Assembly: GCA_965287045.1 (NCBI GenBank)
Contig: OZ336872.1
Location: 100,316,001 to 100,380,000, forward strand
Length of the DNA stretch: 64,000 bases
Direction of reading: 5' to 3'
Source: Carcharhinus amblyrhynchos
Lineage: Eukaryota
Both the position numbers and the translations under genes were made by a program. The notes beneath the pieces are model-generated. The model saw only the letters and a list, made by a program, of their open reading frames with translations. It had not been told where the DNA came from and searched no databases. Positions 26,701 to 34,282 of this stretch are shown piece after piece (within the stretch, counting starts at the first letter, position 1; every line of letters starts with the position of its first letter).

Positions 26701-27463
26701 AACCAGAACAGACAACTTTTAAAAAAAACAGGTTACATGTGCCGTGCAGAGTATATTTTCTGCATTGTTTCAAACCTTGCTCCCGAAAAGCGTGTCATGC
26801 TGCAAAGTGACTGCCATATGTTACTCCCGTCTAATATTTACCCATTTTAATAACCATTAGTTACTCTGTTTCTCGAGGTCGCTCCTGCTTCAGGGGGGCA
26901 ATGGCCATTTTGCGACCTCGGATATTAACGATCAGAGATCAGGTGTGAACGGCGCAAGGTTCCTGGACCCCAGGTACAGTTTGACAGAGTGAGGAGCTGT
27001 CCAGAGGCCCCACTCCACTTTCTGGAGTTCCAGGAACACACACTGGAGACGGGCTGGGGAGGAGGGAGCCCAACTCCAGCAGCTGCCGGCCGCTGGCTCG
27101 ATCGATCGGTCTTCCCCATTCCCTCCCGCCAGACAGCAGGCCCGGGATGAAGCCTTGCCTCTCCGACCTGCCAATGCCGACAACAAACAGCCTCCACCCC
27201 CGCCCTTCCCCTCGCCTCCCGCGGCCTGGACATGGGCCCCCGCCCCCAGGTCACCATCCTGGAGAAAGCGGGCAACTGAGCGCCCGGATCCCCCCCAGGC
27301 CGCAGCCTCGACTCCCAGCCCCCCCCAACCCCCCGGCGCAGCACAGCGTTATTGCCCACCACACCTCCCCCGCTCTGGGTGCTGCCGTTCGCCGCCGAGC
27401 CCCGCTCCCCGCCCGGCAGACACCAACCTTGGAGTCGCCGTTACACAAGGCCACCGCCGCCAT
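8677..27463 (-). CDS. GMPS: GMP synthase (glutamine-hydrolysing), complete 16-exon gene, spliced CDS 2088 nt = 695 aa
   Basis: All 16 exons are GT-AG and phase-compatible. The translation has the GATase motifs GICYG and HPE, the SGGVDS loop and the C-terminal KPPGTTEWE*. Confidence 0.98.
9287..9459 (-). CDS. GMPS: GMPS exon 15 ([10 protein letters not shown]...TSDFMTG...PEE)
   Basis: 173 nt, GT-AG. Confidence 0.96.
10035..10165 (-). CDS. GMPS: GMPS exon 14 (VVYIFGP...LRES)
   Basis: 131 nt, GT-AG. Confidence 0.96.
10316..10431 (-). CDS. GMPS: GMPS exon 13 ([11 protein letters not shown]...HNIN)
   Basis: 116 nt, GT-AG. Confidence 0.96.
10957..11082 (-). CDS. GMPS: GMPS exon 12 (PHTLLQRV...KTVGVQ)
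   Basis: 126 nt, GT-AG. Confidence 0.96.
11250..11945 (-). mobile_element. CR1-type LINE 3' fragment
   Basis: cccagaactgtccacaatactcca is the reverse of the LEYCxQFW motif. Confidence 0.7.
13318..13433 (-). CDS. GMPS: GMPS exon 11 (PGLAIRIIC...SVKK)
   Basis: 116 nt, GT-AG. Confidence 0.96.
13533..13638 (-). CDS. GMPS: GMPS exon 10 ([16 protein letters not shown]...RHPFP)
   Basis: 106 nt, GT-AG. Confidence 0.96.
13998..14171 (-). CDS. GMPS: GMPS exon 9 (IANEVIGE...IKTHHNDTE...REE)
   Basis: 174 nt, GT-AG. Confidence 0.96.
14315..14466 (-). CDS. GMPS: GMPS exon 8 (VNAAH...GDTFVK)
   Basis: 152 nt, GT-AG. Confidence 0.96.
15040..15600 (-). mobile_element. CR1-type LINE RT fragment
   Basis: ORF 15212-15427 contains IDKFADS (a decayed KFADD). 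Confidence 0.6.
15835..16000 (-). CDS. GMPS: GMPS exon 7 ([12 protein letters not shown]...)
   Basis: 166 nt, SGGVDS motif. Confidence 0.96.
16134..16327 (-). CDS. GMPS: GMPS exon 6 ([17 protein letters not shown]...KVL)
   Basis: 194 nt, HPE motif. Confidence 0.96.
17207..17528 (-). mobile_element. Full-length HE1-like V-SINE nested in a plus-strand CR1 3' end (17010-17605)
   Basis: tRNA-like head, V-core and CR1-type tail (gatgggccgaatggcctccttctgcactgtaggattctatg). Confidence 0.88.
18253..18356 (-). CDS. GMPS: GMPS exon 5 ([16 protein letters not shown]...)
   Basis: 104 nt, GT-AG. Confidence 0.96.
18775..18872 (-). CDS. GMPS: GMPS exon 4 ([11 protein letters not shown]...SLF)
   Basis: 98 nt, GT-AG. 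Confidence 0.96.
19098..19310 (-). mobile_element. CR1-type 3' end
   Basis: Similar to 52-300. Confidence 0.6.
19367..19481 (-). CDS. GMPS: GMPS exon 3 (AIIISGGP...GICYGMQ)
   Basis: 115 nt, GT-AG, catalytic Cys motif. Confidence 0.96.
19740..20078 (-). mobile_element. Rex/L2-like LINE 3' end
   Basis: Reverse homologue of 28080-28368 with a (tcaaa)n-type tail. Confidence 0.75.
20652..20815 (-). mobile_element. HE1-like SINE 3' half
   Basis: Matches the tail of the 17207 copy. Confidence 0.75.
20990..21168 (-). CDS. GMPS: GMPS exon 2 (ETAGRD...[18 protein letters not shown]...GF)
   Basis: Acceptor TAG|GAG, donor CG|GTAGGA, 179 nt. Confidence 0.93.
22205..22520 (+). mobile_element. DeuSINE-like copy, very decayed
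   Basis: Patchy similarity to 61017-61400. Confidence 0.45.
22719..23018 (-). mobile_element. U2 snRNA-headed, poly(A)-tailed retroposed element
   Basis: 22992-23012 is an exact match to U2 nt 18-38 (TGGCTAAGATCAAGTGTAGTA), followed by ~260 nt of non-U2 sequence, AATAAA and an A-tail. Confidence 0.75.
24901..25075 (+). mobile_element. HE1-like SINE 5' half, within decayed CR1 sequence (~24130-25880)
   Basis: gggcagcatggtgacacagtggttaacactgctgcc head plus V-core. Confidence 0.8.
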
Positions 27464-27810
27464 CACCACTGCCCCGCTCCAGCCACGAGCTGCCTGCTTT
27501 CGCGCGCCCACACTGCCCCGCGCCGAGCCCAGCTTGGTCCCGCCCCCATCAGTCGGCCAGCCCCATACTCTCAGCCCGCCGCTAGGAGGGGCTCCCGAGC
27601 ACAGTCAGCCGGCTCACACTCTCAGCCCGCCGCTAGGAGGGGCGCCCGAGCACAGTCAGCCGGCACACAGTCTCAGCCCGCCGCTAGGAGGAGCTCCCGA
27701 GCACAGTCAGCCGGCGCACAGTCTCAGCCCGCCGCTAGGAGGAACGCCCGAGCACAGTCAGCCGGCGCACACTCTGAGCCCGCCGCTAGGAGGGGCTACC
27801 GAGCAGAATC
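26870..27810. promoter_or_regulatory. CpG island / GMPS promoter and exon 1
   Basis: Strongly GC- and CpG-rich against an AT-rich background. YY1-like GCCATTTTG at 26904-26912. Confidence 0.85.
27428..27463 (-). CDS. GMPS: GMPS coding exon 1 ([12 protein letters not shown])
   Basis: GTGATGG start context, donor AAG|GTTGGT, inside a CpG island. Confidence 0.92.
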
Positions 27811-27812
27811 AG
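27550..27812. repeat. 51-bp minisatellite, ~5 copies
   Basis: gctaggagg recurs at 27581, 27632, 27683, 27734 and 27785. Confidence 0.95.
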
Positions 27813-27924
27813 CTAAACAGCAGCTCATGCTGGAATCTGAAACGAAAAAAATTCTAGGAAGATTCAGCAGATCTGGTAATAAAAGCAAAACACTGCGGAT
27901 GCTGGATGAAAAGCACACTTTCTT

Positions 27925-28368
27925 GTTATATCACAATTTGGTATGACTTCTGCTCTGCCCAGGACCGCAAGAAACTACAATGGGTTGTGAATGAAGCCCA
28001 GTCCATTACGCAAACCAGTCTCCCATCCATTGACTCTGTCTACACTTCTCGCTGCCTCGGAAAAGCAGCCAGCAAAATTAAGGTCCCCATGCACCCCAGA
28101 CATTCTCTCTTCCACCTTCTTCCATCAGGAAAAAGAGACAAAAGTCTGAGGTCAGGTACCAACTGACTCAAGAACAGCTTCTTCCCTGCTGTCGTCAGAC
28201 TTTTGAATGGACCTACCTCACGCTAAGTTGATCTTTCCCTACACACTAGCTATGACTGTAACACTACATTCTGCACGCTCTCCTTTCCTTCTCTATGAAC
28301 GGTATGCTTTGTCTGTGTAGCAGGCAAGAAATTTCACTGTATGCTAATACCTGTGACAATAATAAATC
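27925..28368 (+). mobile_element. Rex/L2-like LINE 3' end inserted among Penelope-like short-element pieces (27827-28500)
   Basis: ORF WY.FCSAQDRKKLQ...HLLPSGKR, tail tgtgacaataataaatcaa. Confidence 0.75.
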
Positions 28369-29749
28369 AAAAACAGAAAGTGCTGGAAAATCTCAGCAGG
28401 GTTGATAGCATCTGGTGGAGAGAAAATTGAGCCAACAGTTTGAGTCTGGATGACCCTTCGTCAGAGCTGCCAGGTCAGTTTTTCCAGCATTTTCTTTTCT
28501 TTTAAAGAAACATAATTTATTGCGGCATACGAGGTAAAACTACTGCCATGGTGTGCACACATTAGTCCCTGCCAATCTTTTTGGCTAATCAAATAAACCA
28601 AATCAACCAAACTGAGGGACAAAGTAAAAGGGGCAATCCTTTAAAATGGTGAGGAAAGGGAGAGGGAACACTTCACAAAGCAAACTATAAAAGAAATGTA
28701 AAACATCAAACCAAAATGTGATTAAATGCGTCAATAATACACCTGTATTTCCTGTTTTTGTGCCAACAATTTAAAAGGTTGAGTGGTATTGCCTCGTACA
28801 AATTCACAAACACGAGCTTTTTTTATCAGTCAGTTCACACACCATGTATTCTTATACTTATCAATAATAATTTATATTTATATAGCGCCTTTAGTATCTT
28901 AAACTGTTTGACAGGAGCACTATGACGCAAAATTTCACAGAACCGTAAAAGGAGGCATTAGGATAGAAGACCAAAAGCTTGATCAAAGCGGCAGGTCTTA
29001 GGGAGCATGTTAAAGGATCAAAGAGTGTTGGAAAGGAAAGGGCATTCTGTTGGGCTTTTAACATGACATAAAAGGCACCAATCACTCAAAAGGGATTATG
29101 TAAACACATTGTGGGTTCACTTATTTAAATTGGGAACATATATACAGGCACAGAAAGTTTGAAGACATCAGTAACACAGCTGTCTGTGCTGTATTCTGTC
29201 AATGGGCCAGAGTGAAATTGAGGTTGGATCATACGGCACACATCCTTTACATGCTGCTATCCCTTAAAGGCAATTCAAAACATCTTTTTTAAAGAGACTT
29301 TCCCCTTTCCTTGCCTCAAGGTTTATTTAATTGTTCCCAGTGATCTATGGGATTGTTATTCTTGGATGTTGTTAATGGTTGTATTTGGGATTATGTCTTA
29401 GATGCAAGAGTACTGTACAGTGGTTGAAAAGCTGAAATGGATCTAGTTTGTCTACGGTTAACATCAATTAACATTCAGATCCCACATCAGCAAAAAGAAG
29501 CCTAAATTTGCTGAAAATGTGCATATTACTGCACAACACTATAATTTGAGTGACTTACTACATTATGCACACCAAGTAGTGATTTACTGAGGTTTCTGCA
29601 CTGCTCCACGCAGACCTATGCTGGAAACATTGAACAGCTATTTTCAGAGTTCTGAATTTCAGTAAATTCAATGGAGACAGCAGCCGAGGATTTGTTGGGA
29701 AATAACAGCATGTTCGTAGTGGTGAGGAACGTAATGAGTGGATATGGAT

Positions 29750-30100
29750 GGGCACATGGTGGCACACAGCTGCCTCACAAAATCAGGAACTTGGGTTCAA
29801 TTCATGTCTTGGACAATTGTCTCTGTCGAGTTTGCTCTTTCTTCCTGTGTCTGCGTGCGTTTCCTCTGGGTGCTCAGGTTTCCTCCCATGGTCCAAAGAT
29901 GTGCAGGTTAGGTGGCTCGGCCATGCTAAATTACCCCTTAGTCTTTAAAGATGTGTAAGTTTGGTGGATTAGCCATGGCAATGTGCAGGGTTAGAGGATA
30001 AGGGCGGGAGGTGGGTGTGGGCCTGGATAACATGCTCTTTTGGAGAATCAGTACAGACTCAATGGGTCAAGTAGCCTCCTTCCACACTGTAGGGATTCTT
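29750..30100 (+). mobile_element. HE1-like V-SINE, near full length
   Basis: Head, V-core and CR1-type tail. Confidence 0.85.
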
Positions 30101-30189
30101 TGGAGAATTGCTGCTAATTGCATAATTTGCACTGCTCTTCTGTTAGCTTTGTGTAAATGTCCATCAGTCTCCCCACGAGTGTGAAGACA

Positions 30190-30505
30190 TCATGGAATCC
30201 CTACAACACAGAAGGAGGCCATTCAACCCATCGAGGCTGCACCAACATTAAGCCCACCCAGGCCCTATCACCATAACCCCACATATGTACCCTGTTGGTC
30301 CCTTCTGACACTCAGGGGCAATTTTGCACGGCTAATCAACCCAATCCTCACATCTATGGACTGTGGGAGAAAATCCTGAGACCCAAAGGAAACCCATGCA
30401 GACATGGAGAGAAAGTGCAAACTTCATTCAGACAATGACCCAAGACTGTAATTGAACCCAGGTTCCTGATGCTCTGAGGCAGCAATGCTAACCACTGTAC
30501 CGCCC
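30190..30505 (-). mobile_element. HE1-like V-SINE, near full length
   Basis: Head, V-core and CR1-type tail on the reverse strand. Confidence 0.85.
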
Positions 30506-31604
30506 ATTGCTGGATTTGCAGCATAGATTTGAACCAAACTCGATCCAGTAAATTAGAGCTGGTGATTCACAATGTAAGAATCAGTTAAATAGCAGAATTT
30601 ATGTTCCTGCAATGCCACTCAATCTGAGAAATTGGAATCTCACTGCTGCAGATAGTAAATTGTCCTTAGGTGTACTTTAAATTTTAACATGTTTTTCTTA
30701 ATTTTCCTGTCTTTTTTTCTCTTACTCTTAATCCAATCTTCCTTTCTTTCTCTTTATTTCTCTTTCTCTCATGAATTTGACATTTATTCACCCCATTCTT
30801 TCTTTCAGTTTATTTCTCAATCCTTAAATTTGTTGAAAGAAAATAATTAATAAGCCCATCATTCACCAAGATCCCAGGTGTTCCATTGACCCTCCTGTGC
30901 CTTTATCAATTCACATTCTCAGCAACAGTGCAAAAGAATTTGACGCTTATTGTCAAGGAAAAAATCCAATTCACATTACAGACCACTCCAATATTTTCAA
31001 AGTTTGCTGAATTATCCCCATTGTGATCCCTGCTCACCATAGCCACCTAAACATCATCATCATGTGTCCTCTGCAGAAAGGTCAAGCACAGCACAGAGGA
31101 AGACACTAATGACTTTTGCAAGAATAATTTCAGTATTGCAGCGCGCAGAAAACCAGGCTTGAGGAATCTGAGCTGGAAGCTTTTGGAAAAAAAAGGATAT
31201 TCGGCTGGACATCATGCAGATTGTACCCAAAAAGAGCATACTTAAAGATGGATTGATAAAGATATATGGCTTGAGAGTGGGTATTTTGGATAACAGGTTA
31301 CTACAAATAGTGGGTTTGTAGAGGTGACTGGTGTCAGGTGGCGTAGAGATTTGGAGTGGTGGATGTGTCAGCAGTTGTAGCAAGGGAATATAGTGAGCTA
31401 TAGATGAGTTTAGAAAGGGCAAAGGGTAGATGAAAATATTGGAAAACGCCAAGTGTAAGGGCTAAAATGCTAGGGAGAGCAAGAGATCAGGGAGGAAACT
31501 GAAATAAATAAGAGGTAAGTTGAGGTATTTAGTGCTTTAAATTGGCTTTGCCATTCAAGCCATCCATTGCCCAGATCCATTTCTTACACCAACCCCATTT
31601 TCAT

Positions 31605-31878
31605 TAGTTCTCTCAGTAGTTCATAGCTCTCTCAATTCTGAGTCATAAGGTTTTAGGTTCAAGTCCTACTCCAGGACAAGCACAAAAGTCAAGGTTACCA
31701 CTCAATGCAGTACTGGGGGGAGGGGGGTGGCGGTTGCTGCATTATTGGAAGTGCAGATTTTCAAATGAGCTGTTAAACCAATACCCCATCTGTTCACTCA
31801 GATAGAAGTAAAAAAATCTTGCACTATATGTTGAAGTGGAGTAGGCAAGTTATCCCCATGTTCTGGTCAATATTTATA
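31605..31878 (+). mobile_element. DeuSINE-like (SacSINE1-type) 5' portion
   Basis: ggttcaagtcctactccagg...aggttaccactcaatgcagtactg, homologous to 61017-61400. Confidence 0.7.
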
Positions 31879-32145
31879 CAGTAAGCAGTCTCACAACACC
31901 AGGTTAAAGTCCAACAGGTTTATTTGGTAGCAAAAGCCACTAGCTTTCGGAGCACTGCTCCTTCATCAGGTGAGTGGGATTTCAGTTCACAAACAGGGCA
32001 TATAAAGACATAAACTCAATTTACCAAATAATGGTTGGAATGCGAGTCTTTACAGGTAATTAAGTCTCAAAGGTACAGACAATGTGAGTGGAGAAAGGGT
32101 TAAGTACAGGTTAAAGAGATGTGTATTGTCTCCAGCCAGGACAGT
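31879..32145 (-). mobile_element. Penelope-like element terminal fragment
   Basis: Carries the hammerhead and a downstream AATAAA, and truncates a DeuSINE-like copy. Confidence 0.65.
31938..31972 (-). ncRNA. Minimal type I hammerhead ribozyme (Penelope-like element type)
   Basis: CAC-CUGAUGA-A-GGAGC-AGU-GCUCC-GAA-AGCU-A-GUG: intact core, 5-bp stem II, palindromic stem III. Confidence 0.8.
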
Positions 32146-32314
32146 TTAGGTGCTCCTGTCTCCAGCAGGTTTTGGGGTCTGAGGTAGCCCTGTTTCCAGC
32201 AGGGTAGGGATTAGGTGCACTTGTCTCCAGCAGGTTTTGGGTGAGGGTTTACGTGCCCCTGTCTCCAGCAGGTTTTGGGGTCTGAGGTGGCCCTGTGTCC
32301 AGCAGGGTTGGCAC
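32127..32314. repeat. Imperfect 30-38 bp minisatellite, 6 units
   Basis: tgtNtccagc at 32127, 32157, 32191, 32222, 32260 and 32294. Confidence 0.9.
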
Positions 32315-32357
32315 GAGCCTCTCCCCCCTCCCGGCTCTGTCAACCCATCAGAATGAG

Positions 32358-32365
32358 CCACGTCA
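32358..32365 (-). promoter_or_regulatory. UPRE / XBP1-type element TGACGTGG
   Basis: Exact CCACGTCA immediately before the putative exon 1. Confidence 0.6.
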
Positions 32366-32438
32366 CTGGTTTGCCGCCGCCGCCGCCGCGCGGAGGAGGA
32401 GCTGGTAGCTGGTGATCTGGGATCGAGCTGCGGCCTAG
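32366..32438 (+). other. SLC33A1: Putative non-coding first exon of SLC33A1 (start approximate)
   Basis: CpG island, (GCC)5 run, donor TAG|GTGAGG at 32438/9. The first coding exon begins at a splice acceptor (36262/3), so an upstream exon is needed. Confidence 0.65.
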
Positions 32439-33831
32439 GTGAGGAGGGAATGTGGCTGTGCCGCAGGATGGGGCCGAGGGCTGCCTGTCCTGGTGTAGCC
32501 CGGGGAGGTAGGGGGTGGTGATAGAGTCGCCGGGCGTGTGGCTGTCGCCGGCTGAGGAAGATGCTTTGCTGCTCAGACCGGCTTTGGCTTCATGCCGGGA
32601 GGCGGCTGCTCAAGTTCGCTTTCCCCCCCGTGATAACCGGCAGTTCAACCGCCGCCTGAGGAGCCTCTGCCCGGGAAACAGGGTCAGGCTGTGCGCTTTA
32701 TCCCATCAATCAGTAAAGCTAGCTAGACATTAAATCAGAATTATCAGCAGAGAATAACATTCCAGTTGATTTTAAACGATTGCCTTTGAATGAGGATTTA
32801 CTTGACCTTATCAGGCAGTAGTTACAGAGCGGCCTGGTAAAGGGTATTTTCCTTAGTCATTGCACTGATTGTAGTTGTAAAACCGGTATACTGTAAAGTG
32901 AATCGTTTGTTTATTTCCTGAACAAAGTTGTCAAGAATTTATGTAATTTAGTCCATGATCTTGGACGTCTAAATATTCTAATCACATGGGTTACAATGTC
33001 TGAGCCTTGGGAATTTGTATTTGTTGTTACGACCAGATGAGGAGGGGTTGAAAGGCACTTTTCCCCCTACTTGTCAAGCTTAACGGTTTATGTGTTGTGA
33101 TTTTATAAAGATGCAGTAGGACAGGTTTTCTGCAGTTGAACAGAGCAAGGGCTTAATTTTATTATATTAAAATCATCCAGATAAAAATACATCTTGGTTT
33201 CCACATGCACTCAAGTTAAACGTGTGAATACATATTTCAGAGTGGAAGGGATACGTTTGGCAAATTAAAAAATGATAAACCAAGTTTATGGTTTGTATCT
33301 TGTTTGACTGCACATGGGATCAGAGAGCTTTGCTTTCAGCACTGGGGCAGTTTAAAATAATAGCTGGTGTTTTCTAGATCTACTGCAGTAATCTAGCTGA
33401 GACTGAACTCTTAATCTATAAGCATAACTTTTCTGGTTTTTCATTCTATAGCCAAGGATCCATTTAACAGCCTTTTCAACCTTTCAGATTGGATCTTCAA
33501 AACCCTGTGTGTGTAACACCGTCCCCCATCTCTCTGCTTCTGCATGCTTTTTTAAATTGTACCATTTGGTTTCTTCAACCAAAACACTTCACGTTACCTG
33601 CCATCTGTCTGCTGTTTCACCAGTCTGTCCATGGTCTCCTGAAATCTGTTACTATTTTCCTCATATCTCATATGTGTGAGTGTGTCCTCCATAAATCTTA
33701 AAATTATGCCCTGTATATCTAAATTATGAGGTCATTATCGCACAAAAAAAGGGCAGTGTTCCCAACACTGACCCTGAAGTACATGATTGCATACTTCCTT
33801 CTAATCTGACAAAGATTCACCATTATCCTTT

Positions 33832-34282
33832 AGAACATAGAACATTACAGCGTAGAACAGGCCCTTCGGCCCACGATGTTGCGCCGACCAGTTAAAAAGC
33901 AATGACCCTCTAACCTAAACCAAACCCTTTCCATCCATAAACCTATCCACGGATCTCTTAAACGCCCCCAAACTAGGCGCATTTACAACTGCAGCAGGCA
34001 GGGCATTCCAATCCCTCACCACCCTCTGGGTAAAGAACCTACCCCTGACATCCGTCCTATGACTACCACCCCTTAATTTAAAGCTGTGCCCCCTCGTGCT
34101 AGCTTTCTCCATCCGAGGAAAAAGGTTATCACTGTCCACCCTATCTAAACCTCTAATCATCTTATATGTTTCAATAAGGTCCCCCCTTAGCCGCCTTCTT
34201 TCTAACGAAAACAACCTCAAATCCCTCAGTCTCTCCTCATAGGACCTCCCCTCTATACCAGGCAACATCCTGGTAAACCTCT
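33832..34282 (-). mobile_element. Young CR1 LINE 3' end nested in older CR1 sequence (~33400-34930)
   Basis: Uninterrupted ORF RFTRMLPG...LFSLERRRLRGDLIETYK...WNALP and a (ttctatg)n-type tail. Confidence 0.92.

Larger units (their letters stand above)
32320..32700. promoter_or_regulatory. CpG island / SLC33A1 promoter
   Basis: GC- and CpG-rich, contains the putative exon 1 donor. Confidence 0.8.

Noticed and set aside
27550-27812. Regularly spaced repeats (also 32127-32314) as a CRISPR-like array
   Set aside because: Units are tandem with no unique spacers, the context is eukaryotic and there are no cas genes
27147-27946. Long proline-rich ORFs (236 and 263 aa) on the plus strand
   Set aside because: They arise from the GC-rich CpG island and the 51-bp (17-codon) repeat, antisense to GMPS exon 1, with no recognisable domain
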